Notes: a model not told the origin generated them from the sequence alone. Numbered from the stretch's first letter, positions 12,440-25,105 are shown. The stretch is 64,000 nt of DNA from Octopus sinensis (GCF_006345805.1 NC_042997.1:196478001-196542000); one strand, 5' to 3'. Made by a program: numbers and translations.

Positions 12440-12730
12440 TTACATCTAGAAAGTTGCCCTCCGTGGCACAAGTCCGAGCAAAGTTGTTTTATGGAAGACC
12501 AGTTGTTTTATGGAAGCCCATCTATACCAGTTTTCCTTGTCCACGCCATCGATGTTCTTCAAGGCAAAAGAGCCGATACTGCTCAGCACCAGTGACGGCG
12601 CAACTCATTTCTACATCTGAGTGAACTGGAGCAACGTGAAATAAAAGTGCCTTACCCCAAAACACGACAGCCCGGTAGGGGAATCGAACTCAGAAACGAT
12701 TGTAAGCCTGGCGATCTAACCATGCGCCTT
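12440..12730 (-). mobile_element. Family D SINE with another distinct tail (type iv)
   Basis: Reverse complement has a tRNA-like head and ..CACTTTTATTTCACGTTGCTCCAGTTCACTCAG core, followed by an unrelated tail containing a CCATAAAACAACT duplication. Confidence 0.55.
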
Positions 12731-12765
12731 CTCTCTCTCTTAGTTTTTCTCTCTCTCTCTCTCAT

Positions 12766-12816
<51 letters not shown>

Positions 12817-13670
12817 ATAACAATTTAATAAATAAACCATGCATACATACATATATGTACATACCTACATCTATATGTATATATACATGCATATATGGGT
12901 ATAGGACACCACAAAAAAAAACAAAAAAAAACGTAGAACAGAACGAGAAACGAAAACATAAAAACAAAACATGGAAACGAACTTTTTTAAACAACGAAAA
13001 ACCAGAGTACAAGACATACAACACAAGGAACATCCCCCTTCTTCAGCTGCCCCTGCTTCGACTTATTGCGTGTTTCGAAGGTATATATATGTATATATAT
13101 ATATATAATATATATTTACACACACACGTACATATATATGAGAGAGGTTGAGGGAGAGGGCATGAAGAGAGAGTGTGTCAAATAGTTATACAACTATTGA
13201 AAACCATGCGCTGATATCGATTCCTTAGCTTGATTGCTATGGTTACATGTTTAGTATATTCTGTTCATTAGCTCCGTCCTATTCACGGACTATTAGAATC
13301 ATGGTACGTAATCCGTTAACTAGATAAAGTCATCAGGTCAGTTAAAACCATATCATTTAGTACCTAACTAGTCAACGATCTTACAGACATGGACAGATAG
13401 CCTTTCACTCACATTTGCCCGGCATCTCTGTACTTATCTCTTCAGCCAGTCCAGTGATAGAGAAATCAGCGAGAGAAAATGGCTTCCAAACTATAAACAT
13501 AAAATAGAAACTAATAAATCGATTGTCTCCCTTCTTACCAGCGAAACTAAACTACTATAAATCAACAGAGGAGAGGATTTTGCAGCCATACATACAAAGA
13601 AAACAAAATTAATCAGACAATGAAGACGCCGCTATATGGCCGTTGGTCCTGCTAGAAATAGCAGGTAGTA

Positions 13671-13898
13671 GGCGGCAAGCTGGCAGAAACGTTAGCACGC
13701 CGAGCGAAATGCGTAGCCGCATTTCGTCTGCCGTTACGTTCTAAGTTCCAATTCTGCCGAGATCGACTTTGCCTTTCATCCTTTCGGGGTCGATAAATTA
13801 CGCACTGGGATCGATGTAATCGACTTAATCCGTTTGTCTGTCCGTTTGTCTGTCCCCTCTGTGTGTAGTCCCTTGTGGGCAGTAAAAAAATAAGAAAT
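13671..13898 (+). mobile_element. Family B SINE monomer
   Basis: GGCGGCAAGCTGGCAGAAACGTTAGCACG..CCTTGTGGGCAGTAAAA. Confidence 0.85.
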
Positions 13899-14307
13899 AG
13901 CAGGTAGTAGATAAAATATAAAGTACCAGTCAAATACTAGGGTTAATGGTATCAACTAAGTTTTACATCTTGAAATTGCTGGTCTTAAGCCTAAACCAGA
14001 AACCGGCATTCTCTTGCAGTATTGATTGTTCGTGAAGGCGCGTGGCCTAATGGTTAGGATGTTGCACTTAGGATCGTTAGATCGTGGTTTCGATCCTGGG
14101 ACCGGGTTATGCGTTGTGTTCACGAGCAAAGCAATTCATTTCGCGTTGGCCCGTTCAGAACGGGGTGTTGTAACCTCAGTCATTTATACGGTATCGAAAC
14201 CGGATAAAGCCTCGACTTCCTAAGTCGTAGGGTTCGAGTTACAGAGGCCTAAGCCTAAACCCCTGATTGCTAAATAAACTGAAATCAAGTGGAGACGTTT
14301 TTCATGT

Positions 14308-14530
14308 ACTCTTTTGCTCTTTTACTTCTTTCAGTCATGTGACTGCGGCCATGCTGGAGCACCGCCTTTAGTCGAGCAAATCGACCCCAGGACTTATTCT
14401 TTGCTAGCCTGGTACTTATTCTATCGGTCTCTTTTGCCGAACCGCTAAGTTACGGGACGTAAACACTCCAGCATCGGCTGTCAAGCGATGTTGGGTGGGG
14501 GACAAACACAGACACACAAACATATACAAT

Positions 14531-14565
<35 letters not shown>

Positions 14566-14572
14566 ATATATG

Positions 14573-14611
<39 letters not shown>

Positions 14612-14770
14612 GAAGGGATTCTTTCAGTTTCCGTCTACCAGATCCACTCACAAGGCTTTAGTCGGCCCGAGGCTATAGCAGAAGACGCTTGCCCCCGAGG
14701 TGCCACGCAGTGGGACTGAACCCGGAACCAGGTGGTTCGTAAGCAAGCTACTTACCACACAGCCACCCCT
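14308..14770 (-). mobile_element. Family A SINE, full length
   Basis: Reverse complement of the family A head, microsatellite and tail. Confidence 0.85.
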
Positions 14771-15059
14771 ACTTCTATTAATGTAGGAAAAATATTCTCA
14801 GTGTAAAGGATATTTTATTGTTTATCTGACTTGTATATAGCCGAAAGTTATCCCTATTTGTTCACTCCTATGTTGTTACTTGTAGTTATATGCTAAAGGA
14901 TTCCCAGACAGCATCTATATTTTTAACGCAGTGGCCACCACCGGATCAAGTTGTACTACACAGGTGTCGAAACCACAATGATATCCGTTTGGTAGCTGAT
15001 GATGAAAATGCATACATGTTATGTTCGATTGTGAATTTCTTATAATCTTTTATAATCTT

Positions 15060-15292
15060 ATTTCTTTACTACCCACAAGGGGCTAAACACAGAGGGGACA
15101 AACAAGGACAGACAAAGGGATTAAGTCGATTACATCGACCACAGTGCGTAACTGATACTCAATTTATCGACCCCGAAAGGATGAAAGGCAAAGTCGACCT
15201 CGGCGGAATTTGAACTCAGAACGTAACGGCTGACGAAATACCGCTAAGCATTTCGCCCGGCGTGCTAACGTTTCTGCCAGCTCGCCGCCTTT
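15060..15292 (-). mobile_element. Family B SINE monomer
   Basis: Reverse complement of the B consensus ending CTCGCCGCCTT. Confidence 0.85.
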
Positions 15293-16580
15293 TAATTTCT
15301 TATAATCTTAGTCTCGTTTTTCTGGGTTGTCCTCATTCCTGTAAAGCGGAAAATGTTTGTAGATTCTTAGTCTGTGAGAATCGCTTACTTTGGTATTGTT
15401 TTTTCTTTTTCGGTAACCTAATTGAGCTTAGACAATGCTTAAATTTTGGTGTCTAGTTTTGGGAGATTCTGTGGCATACATTTTATTTTTGATATGTTTA
15501 TTCCCTGAGTTGACGTTTGAAAACTTAGTGAAGATGAACAAGAAATACACCGAATTTAGTAAAATTAAAAGAAAACATAAATATTTTAAATGAAGATAGT
15601 TTTTATAGAGCGCAATACGTATCAAACAATCTGTGCTTCCACAGAGGATTTCTTTATCCAAAAATGTCCTTATCTTCCAACGATAAAAATCTTTGATAAT
15701 TAATTCTGTATTTTCAGAGAATTTGAATTTCATTAGAAATCCAATCCTTAAATCAAATCAGGATTTTAATTAAGGATTTAATTAAGGGACTCCAATGGGG
15801 TGTTTAGTTTTGATTATAATGAACAAGGATTTAAAAAGCAAAAGAGTATTTAGACTTTTCTGGTAATTTAGCTTTTATGGAATAATGATAGAACTGATAT
15901 TAGATTGCATCACAAGAAGTGTTGGGGAAGAACTTTCGTGCATATTAATTGAATAATGAATAATTTTAGCAGCAACATATTTTTAGATTATACAGATCTA
16001 ATCAGCCTAAAAATATTTTTAGATCAGAAAAAAGACTTTCATAGAGTCTTAGTGAATCCAGTAGCTTGAAGAGAAATATCAACGGATTCTTTTCATAAAC
16101 TAATCAGAATCAAATAATTCTTAGAAAAAAAAATTCCTTTTTTAAATAATAAATTATTTTATTAAGCAAAACCAAAATTTTGTTTAAATTCTAAAGTCTG
16201 AGGCTAATTTAAACGTGTTACTGATTGAAGGCATCTAATATTTAATAAAATTTTAATGACTTATTACAAATAAAATTTTCGATTTGCCTTTAGAAAAATA
16301 TTTTTATCGGATAAGCAAAATCTCCTTTGCTATTGTTATCGTAATATTGAATGAGTTACCTGTAGAGTTTTGAGCGTAAATCTAACTTTTACATTTTCTC
16401 TACATAATATACTTACATAATCAAAACCCTATGGAATATATATATAAAAGATAATGGTGTCATTGAGACCCAAAGGTGTCAGGTAATGCTGAGTAAGTGC
16501 TATAGACAGACCATAGTTAAATTCCAGCTTCGGTAATATTGCGAATAAAGGGTTCAACGTTGGTCATATGTCAGCGTGTG

Positions 16581-16818
16581 TATATATGAATTTTTTGTGT
16601 AATGAGATAAAAAAACCAAGGCTGTATAGATATTAGAGCATTTATACATAGGTCTTACAACTGTTTCTAGAATATTAACTTTTCCTCTCACACCGTCTCC
16701 GATGAAGGGATATTATTATTAATATCCTAGAAACAGCTGTAAGACCTTCTATCTATAAATGCTCTAATATCTATACAGCCTTGGTTTTTTTTATCTCATT
16801 ACACAAAAAAATTCATAT

Positions 16819-16821
<3 letters not shown>
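16581..16821. repeat. Fold-back inverted repeat (about 100-bp arms), Penelope-like inverted terminus
   Basis: 16581-16678 is the near-perfect reverse complement of about 16719-16821. Confidence 0.9.
16695..16745 (+). ncRNA. Minimal hammerhead variant (core CCGAUGA) within the fold-back
   Basis: GTCT-CCGATGA-AG GGATATTA ttat TAATATCC TA-GAAA-CAGCTG-TA-AGAC. All stems pair, but there is one core substitution (U4C). Confidence 0.6.
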
Positions 16822-16849
<28 letters not shown>

Positions 16850-17067
16850 CATCCGCAGTAGTCTTCTTTCCTGGTTCAACACTATTACTTGGCAGTTAGG
16901 TGCATTTTACTGAATCTATTGCAAACCTCTGGGTTAGGCCCTCAGCTTTTCCTATTCCCATTTGTCTCCAAGTACTTGCAAAAGGGTCAAGAACGCTGTT
17001 GAGCAAGACATAAAACTAAAAACAATCTATGTATCGCACTTAATGCAAATGCATCACAGAAAGCGAA

Positions 17068-17348
17068 GTGGAGGCAGGCTAGCCCAGTGGTTAAAGCAGC
17101 GGTCTCGCGGTTTCGATTCCCAGACCATTCACTGTGAGTGTTTATTGAGCAAAAACACCTAAAGCTCTACGAGGCTCCGGCAGAGGGTGGTGGCGAACCC
17201 TGCTGTACTTTTTTTCTACAACTTTCTCTCACTCTTTCTTCGTGTTTCTTTTGTAACTGTATTTCAAAGGGCCAGCCTCATCACACACTGCGTCACGCCG
17301 AATCTCCTCGAGAACTTCGTTAAAAGTTCATGTGTCTGTGGAGTGCTC
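17068..17348 (+). mobile_element. Family C SINE, 3'-truncated
   Basis: Aligns by eye to 24-310. Confidence 0.8.
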
Positions 17349-17416
17349 GTCATTGTAACCAATGTGCCACGACAGAAAGCGAAATTAACTGCGATATTCG
17401 TCCAGAAACAATATCT

Positions 17417-17791
17417 ACTAGCACTATGACCCGGCAACGCCGGGTCATAGTGCTAGTGCTTGCATATAGCTGCGTGCGTGCGCATATACACGCGAGTACT
17501 GTCCAAATCTCCGACCAATCACACACAACTAGCTGGCATTCAATTGGCATATCAAGTTTCGGGCATTTTGGTTGGGTTTTGGATAGAAAATTCACAAAAA
17601 GTCCCTTCTATTGATTGTTTAATGGCTTTGCTGGGTGACTGGGGAAATGTAAAGATATTCACGACCACCCTTGGACGGTTTTGAGTGACCATAGAAAGTG
17701 CGAACCCTCTAACTGAAAAATTGTGGATTTGTATAAAGGACACGCACATACACACAGAGACAGACATTTTGCCGTTTATATAGAGAGAGAT
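17417..17791 (-). mobile_element. Non-autonomous Helitron-like element (second family) with a perfect terminal hairpin
   Basis: Minus 5' end ATCTCTCTCTATATAAACGGCAAAATGTCTG, 3' end CTAGT within a 19-bp perfect hairpin (17417-17457). Confidence 0.65.
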
Positions 17792-17792
17792 T

Positions 17793-18025
17793 AAGGCGGC
17801 GAGCTGGCAGGACCGTTAGCACGCCGGGCGAAATGCGTAGCCGTATTTCGTCTACCGTTACGTTCTGTGTTCAAATTCCGCCGAAGTCGACTTTGCCTTT
17901 CATCCTTTCGGGGTCGATAAATTAAGCACCAGTTACGCACTGGGGTCGATGTAATCAACTTAATTCGTTTGTCTGTCCTTGTTTGTCCTCTCTATGTTTA
18001 GTCCCCTTGTGGGTAATAAAGAAAC
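17793..18025 (+). mobile_element. Family B SINE monomer
   Basis: AAGGCGGCGAGCTGGCAG..GTGGGTAATAAAGAAA. Confidence 0.85.
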
Positions 18026-18339
18026 ATATATATAGAGAGATTATGGACGTAAGGTGTTAAATAACACAATTATAATCTTCTAAAAAGCAGTTGAGAGTAA
18101 ATTGACGGACAAGTCAGCAGAATTAATTGAGCAATCGTTTCAAGAGTGAATAATTTATCGATTATATGTAATCCTGTCCTGTTAACATCGGACAATGACA
18201 AGTTAGCATGTTTCCGACGTGACAATTAAAAAAAAAATTATTTCAAGCTGGTTTTAAAATTAATTAGTCCATATAATAATTTAACTTTTTGTTTTACTAA
18301 GCTTGGAGAAAGGGGGCAGAGCTCACGGTTTTTGCAGAC

Positions 18340-18600
18340 CCTCCTAGACGAGTGAGATTGATGGTTTTAAAGTTTCCGTTGAATCTGTGTAAGTCAACGG
18401 CTGTAGAAAAGATAGGAGCAAGGAGAGGGAACTCTAGAGTGCCGACGCTCTGGGAAAGAAGAACTGGCTACTAGGAGAAGACTGTGTCTGTGAAACTCTA
18501 ACATATCTGTGAGCGACTTTATAGCGGTCAACCAGATTGCCCTTTTCCGGATGCGGTCCAGTATGTTTCTGTATGCAGCAGCAAAATTGTCTTAGACGTG
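18340..18600 (-). mobile_element. Degenerate CR1/L2-group LINE ORF2 3' fragment
   Basis: Minus frames give AAAYRNILDRIRKRAI and FFFPRASAL*SSL, matching the LDRVQRRA and SFFPRT..LWNSLP motifs of CR1-group C-termini. Confidence 0.55.
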
Positions 18601-19633
18601 AGAGCAAATTCTATTGGCCCACCCATCCACCTGACCATCACGATTCAAGTTCAAATACCACTGCGATAGATTTAATCTCTAACACAGAGTAGATAAAATA
18701 GCATCAATCAAGTACTGGGTTCGATCTCTTCACCTGGTCCTTTAAATTTTTGTGCTGTGGTTATATTAGAAAATAATCTTTAGAACTAAAGATGTTAATA
18801 TACTGAGGATAATAAGGTGGCGAGCGGGCGGAGTTATTATCACGCCGGGCAGAATGGTTGATAGCATTTTGTTCGACCTTACGATCTGAGTTCAAACTCC
18901 GCTGAGGTCGATTTTACTTTTCATCCTTTCGAGGCCTATAAAATCAGTACTAGCGAAACACTGGGATCGATGTAATTGTCATACCTCGCCCCCTAAATTG
19001 CTGGCCTTGTACCGAAATCTGAAACCAATATGCTGAATGTAAGGAGCATTTGGAAACCTGAATCAATAATCCATTTTCGTTATTCGTCATCAAAAATCTG
19101 ATTTCCATAACACGACAAGTTGAGCGAATGGACTTCCTCACTCATCATTATGGCTTTCAGCTTCTCTTCATGCTTTAGATGATTGTTCTTACCCCTGCAG
19201 TGCGTTCTGTTTTTTAGTTCTTATTCTCATTTCTTTTGCAGCTATAGCTGATTTTTACGTTATTCCTGCTAAATATTTTATAGTATTTGTGATATGGTGG
19301 ATAATGTTTACCGATTGCCATTAAGAAACTTCTATCTGTATATTGGTTTCAAATTTTGACACAAGTTCAGCAATTTTGAGGGAGGGATAAGCCGATTACA
19401 ATCGACCCCAGTGCTCAATGCGTACTTATTTTATCGACCTCCGAAAGGATGAAAAGCAAAGTCAACCTCGGCGGAATTTGAACTCAGGACGTAGAGACAA
19501 ACGAAATGCCGCTAACGATTTTGCCAGCTAGACAATTTCTTCTACCTGCATGTTACCAATATGGTTCAACTAATCAGCGCGGATTTTGGTGGAACAAGCA
19601 CAAACGCAAGCTCGAACGTATAAGCTCTCCGAA

Positions 19634-20052
19634 GGCGTAGGAGTGGCTGTGTGGTAAGTAGCTTGCTTACGAACCACATGGTTCTGGGTTCACTCCCAGT
19701 GCGTGGCACCTTGGGCAAGTATCTTCTACTATAGCTTCGGGCCGACCAAAGCCTTGTGAGTGGATTTGGTAGACAGAAACAGAAAGAAGCCCGTCATATA
19801 TATGCATATATATATATGTGTGTGTGTATGTGCGTGTGTATATGTTTGTGTGTTTGTGTTTGTCTCCCCAACATCGCTTGAGAACCGATGCCTATGTGTT
19901 TACGTCCCCGTAACTTAGCGGTTCGGTAAAAGAGACCGATAGAATAAGTACCAGGCTTACAAATAATAAGTCCTGGGATCTATTTGCTCGACTAAAGGCG
20001 GTGCTCCAGCATGGCCACAGTCAAATGACTGAAACAAGTAAAAGAGTAAAAG
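19634..20052 (+). mobile_element. Family A SINE, full length
   Basis: Full head, microsatellite and tail. Confidence 0.85.
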
Positions 20053-21069
20053 GATATATGTGTGTGTGTGTGTTTGTGCGCGTACATGTGAGGGCGTATG
20101 TGCAAATGTATGTATGTATGTATGTGTGTGTGTGTCTGTGCATGTGTGCGTGCGTTTTTGTGTGTGTGTTTTCATGCTGGGTTTCACCGACAGCATGAGT
20201 AATATTTGTCAAAGATTCCTTGCACGAAGACACACTTGTCAGGAAACATCCACTCAAAGCAATTCTGTAAAAGCAGAAATCTATCTCGAAGATATGAAGT
20301 TGATTCGATGCCTTGAAGGATTTTTACACCAATCCATTTTCTGTTTAAGGAGTGCCAACTTAGATTGGTATTCCAAAATATAACTTTCTACTTTCCCCCA
20401 CAAATGTCACTCTAGATAATGGAATTGAGGAGCCTTGATTGCTAAATTATTGAACCAACAAATAAATGAAAAGCGACTTTATTTAAATTATATCAAGAGA
20501 AAATAAACAAGTAATTATATAAGATGAAGAAGATGGTAAAGTTAGTATCTTGTCATCATTGATATGTGAAAAGTTATTGGTGATCTCTGAAATATCTGAT
20601 AACAGCGAAATAGAATTTCAAAAGAATTAAGCTGGATTCCCTAAGAAGCAGGCCTTCAGGCATGTAATTGCCAACTTCTATTCATTGCAAAACTCCTCGA
20701 ATAATCAAGATTGGAAGAATCTCTTGGGCTGTTCGCCTGTCAAAGTACTTATAACTATGTAAATTAACTCGGTATTCAGAGAGTGTGCCGTTAATTAAAA
20801 CAGCAAAAATACGACAATGAAAACAGAGGAGACGAGAACAGACAAACACACGGCTTTTATTTCCTCGTTTAACAACTTCGTCTGAAATTCGTAAAGTAGT
20901 CATTTTGTTGTTGTAAATGAAAGGTGTTACTATCAAATTATCCTCCATTATTAGCAGTTTATACTATGAGAAATATAATGAGGTTGGGAAGAAAAATAGA
21001 AAAAAATTTAAATAAATAGAAATATGAAAACTCACAAATGCATAAATATTTAAAGAATATAATACATGT

Positions 21070-21100
<31 letters not shown>

Positions 21101-21110
21101 ACACCTATAT

Positions 21111-21143
<33 letters not shown>

Positions 21144-21150
21144 AATATAT

Positions 21151-21202
<52 letters not shown>

Positions 21203-21246
21203 CATATCTATATATATAAACATATCTATCTATCTATCTATCTATC

Positions 21247-21279
<33 letters not shown>

Positions 21280-21283
21280 ATTT

Positions 21284-21465
21284 ATCTCTATATCTATAAA
21301 CGGCAAAATGTCTGTGTGTCTGTGTCCTTTATGCAAATTCACTGTTTTTCACGTAAAAGGCTCACATTTTCTATGGGCTTTCAAAACCGTTTGAGGGTGG
21401 TCGTGAAGATCTTTTCATTTCCCCAGTCACCCCAGAAAGCCCTTAAAAATCGATAAACCGACCCC
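21284..21465 (+). mobile_element. 5' half of the 17417-17791 Helitron-like family
   Basis: ATAAACGGCAAAATGTCTG..TTTCCCCAGTCACC matches the reverse complement of about 17600-17790. Confidence 0.65.
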
Positions 21466-21469
21466 TTAT

Positions 21470-21818
21470 GCCTGGTTCTGGGTTCAGTTCCACTGCCTGG
21501 CACCTTGGGCAAGTGTCTTCTACTATAGCCTCGAGCCGACCAAAGCCTTGTGAGTGGGTTTCATAGACGGAAACTGAAAGAAGCGTGGCTTAGTGGTTAG
21601 GGTGTCAGCATCATGATCGTAAGATTGTGGTTTCGATTCCTAGACGCGTTGTGTTCTTGAGCAAAACACTTCATTTCATGTTGCTCCAGTCTACTCAGCT
21701 GGCAAAAATGAGTAACGCTGCGATGGACTTGCGTCCCGTCCAGCTGGGGAACACATGCGCCATAGAAATCGGGAAACCGGGCCCATGAGCCTGGCTAGGC
21801 TTTAAAAGGGTGCATTTA
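21470..21818 (+). mobile_element. Family A 5' fragment (21470-21582) followed directly by a family D SINE with tail ii (21583-21818)
   Basis: A sequence stops at CTGAAAGAA; GCGTGGCTTAGTGGTTAGGGTG then begins D, which ends GGAAACCGGGCCCATGAGCCTGGCTAGG. Confidence 0.75.
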
Positions 21819-23729
21819 TTTTATATATATAATTTAAATAAGAACTAATAGTTTCATGCCGATTTACACAACGTGCCTCATGTTTTCAAGCAATTCTTCA
21901 ATACACATGGTTAACCTTTTCTGCTGAAATGTTGTGTTTCCACGGCATGAAACTACTAGTAACCTTTATTTAAATACCGTGAATATTAAATCATATTTAT
22001 CTGTTATTGGATGGAGAAGGTGTCTCTAAATATGTCATATCATACATATATTTTCACACACATAAACATTTGGCAGCTGCACAGGTACAATGAGAATTTT
22101 ATTAATCCCACTCTTCCTTGCTTTAAGTTTTAGTTATGCAATAACTACTTCCTGGATTGTAATCTGTGAACTACTTATTGTCTACACCCCATACAGCTGA
22201 AACCGTGTGTCAAATCTGTACTGCCGTAAAATGTATCGAGATACAATATTTTGCTGTATTAAATGAAAACCGAAACATTTTTATGCTTAAAAGTATAGCT
22301 GATGAAGACCCATCTGAGCATGTGAGGAATATTCTAAGAATTGAAAACGATTATTATGGTATTGAGTAGATACAGAAATTACCTGTCATATTTAACATGG
22401 AATATATTATAATACCTTGAAGAACCAGGGAATATTCAGTAGAGTTATTATATTCCACAAGCAACACGTTTAATAAAGGCATTCACTTTTACATTATCTG
22501 CTGAACTTTGGCGGCGAGGTTTATACACGCCGATATTTTATGTTTGTTTATTTCCGCCATTCTTTCGACTCCCCTATGTCTTAAAATGCAGATAAGATCG
22601 TCTTGAGTCTTAATATCTCACAAGCATATTTCTAGTTGGAGTATACAGTAAAAAAACCTTTAACTAGTTGGTCTGTCATCGTACATTATAATCGCTTATC
22701 GATTAGAACTAAAATGCATAGCAAATCTTTCAGAAACTTATTGATATTTGCAATCACACGAATAAACGTTTCAAAACATTTGGAAAATACAAAACTTGAC
22801 AGGTTTTTCTCTTTTCTTTTTTCTTGTATTTGTATTGGAACAATCCGTAAAAGATACCAATCTCTGCTTATGTGATATAATTATCTCTGTAATTATATTG
22901 GAAAAAATGTGCAAGCGATAGTGATCTCTGCTTTTGTGAGATATTGTTATATTTTAGAAACATCTATGTTGACGAAAATTATATAAATTAAAAACATGAG
23001 ATCGGAAGCATTTATGCTTATCAGAAATAAAAAAAATACATTTCTTTTTTTTCCTCTGCCACAAATCTCTCTATCAGTCACTGGAATTAGGAATCGTATT
23101 TTTTATCGTTTGAGTTTTCGCTGAGTTGATATTGGAGGAACTAATGATCGCAATGATATGCGCTAGAAATTGGTAGAAGTGAACACTATAACAATAAAGA
23201 GATTTTAATTACATGCGTAATTGTAATGGCAGACGGTGAAATAATGTTACACTGACAAAACACCTCGATGAGAACAACAATGATAAGGAAGTGGATATGT
23301 TAAAGACGAAAGATGATATGAATGTATAAAAGATTTGTTACAGTGTCTCAGATTGGTCCTACGTTTTAGCTTGTGTCACATTCCAAAGAATGAGGAGAAA
23401 GTGCTAGGAACGAGAGATGATCGTTGATTTAACGAGGAAGAAAGATATGAGAATTGGGTTAAATGAAGTGACTTAATCGGGAATCAGAACTGCACAGCAT
23501 ATACGATATGCGGGAATTTATACCGAGAGTTTCACGTTACAGTAATTATGGAAATTGAAATGTCGGTTTAGTTGGCCAGTTGTTTTACATTTCGTATAAT
23601 GAGCTCCATTTGAACTAAATCATACTAGATACAACGATAGTTTGCTTAAATGCTATAAAGAAGAATAAACCTACAGTTAGTTGAAGGGTAGAAGAAAATG
23701 AAAGAATTGTAAACAAGTGTTCAACTTAC

Positions 23730-24851
23730 CGTTTCTACTGGGATATCAGTGTGCATGACAAAGCCTTCATCAAGGTCTTGCTGCACGTAATATTTTGTGA
23801 ATGGTCCATCAAGAGCTTTCACTGCCTTGCTTGTGTTACTACCTACGATGCTTCCAGCAGATGGAATGATACTCACGTTCCAGCATACAAAACGCGTGAA
23901 CTTTCGAGGCACATGTGAGATATCAGTGTAGTAGAGTCTGAAAGAGAGATGTTTACCACTCGTATCTCCTTCTAGCATCCATGCTTGTTTGTCTCTGTCG
24001 TAACAATGTGCACGGTTGCGACTTTGGCCGAGGGCATCCATTGTCACTTCGCTGACTAACACCACAGATGTCATTGTTACTTTTACAGGGACAACCATGC
24101 GTCCCTGTGATAATTCGAAAATCGTTGCTGCTACAATAAGTGGGTCACCCACGCCTGATGTATCGAGTGTTTGAGTTATTTGACCAGTTTGGTAAATATC
24201 CTCTTCACCGAGAGCTATTTCATACTTCACATTGCAGAGATGATGGAAACTGGTGTGCCGGTTTAGTTGGACAGCTGTTTTACCTTCCGTATAGTGAGCC
24301 CCATTTGGACTAAACAACGATACACTCCAGTCAAAGACACCAAACGAGAAATAAGGTGTTTCAAGCTTTTCGTTGATGTAGTGTCGTGAATACGCTTCTT
24401 TGGGTACCGCTAAGTCATACTCGAAGGTGGATACAATGCTACGCATCTCAAGCTCCACAAGGAATTCACCACTGTCTTGCATGAAGTTTCGGTTGCTTAA
24501 ATCTTGTATTCCAATGAACGTTTTGCGGCCATGGGTCAATTTATCATCGTTAAAATCACAATTCTTTTCCATGAAAGACTCGTTTCGGGTGAAGTGATCT
24601 TTGTTGAGCATTGTAAATGCATAGTCCACGCGACATGAGAGGCCGGGTGTTGAGGTCAGCAATTTAAGGTATGCCCCCAAGTGTCTTTCACTCTTTATGA
24701 ATGACACATTCCATTTGTGGTAACCGTACACAATTTCTGTGGAAAAGACATCTGGAGAAAATTCCCGAACTATTGATTTTGGTAAAGTAAACGTAAAGAC
24801 TTGTGCATCGAAACGATCATTAAGCTTGACACATCGGCACAACTTGGCCAT
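23730..24851 (-). CDS. First coding exon (374 codons) of a conserved protein with about three tandem MATH/TRAF-like domains; the C-terminal exon was not found in the window
   Basis: Uninterrupted, complex 376-aa ORF. Kozak TCCGCCATGG. MATH-like repeats VFSTEIVYGYHKWNVSF..LGAYLKL..VDYAFTMLN..GRKTFI..FLVELEM, then ETPYFSFGVFDWSVSL, then YDRDKQAWML..LSFRLYY. Donor ACG|GTAAGT at 23729 (phase 0). Upstream acceptor TTTCTAG| at 25111-25112. Confidence 0.88.
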
Positions 24852-24961
24852 GGCGGAAGTTATCTTATTCTTACTATTATTACTAGTTCCCTAATTAGTA
24901 GTAGTAGTAGTAGTGTTTTTCTATTAAAAGGTTAAACTTAGGAAATATGCCTTATTTTCAT

Positions 24962-25105
24962 TTATGCTAATATACTCCAATGCTTGGTGATAGGTTCGTG
25001 TTGAGAATGTTTACTTAGAGAAAATTTTCGATCAAGTTTCTTCTGATCTTGAGGTATGTCTTTTGTCTTTTCAGTATATGGTTTCCTTCTGAGTTTTAAG
25101 GTCAT
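24962..25105 (-). promoter_or_regulatory. 47-codon upstream ORF in the spliced 5' leader, immediately followed by a second 7-codon uORF (24961-24938)
   Basis: MTLKLRRKPYTEKTKDIPQDQKKLDRKFSLSKHSQHEPITKHWSILA*, then TAA-ATG MKIRHIS*. Both lie between the acceptor at 25110 and the main ATG. Confidence 0.45.

Noticed and set aside
15428-15733. 101-aa minus ORF in AT-rich sequence
   Set aside because: No recognisable motif; expected by chance or from a decayed repeat.
20682-20948. 88-aa minus ORF as the missing MATH C-terminal exon
   Set aside because: No MATH-like strand, no recognisable homology and no suitable phase-0 acceptor.
22270-22360. CTGATGA and GAAA motifs suggesting a hammerhead
   Set aside because: No consistent stems I-III or UH cleavage site in any permutation. 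The same applies to candidates near 46980 and 47345.
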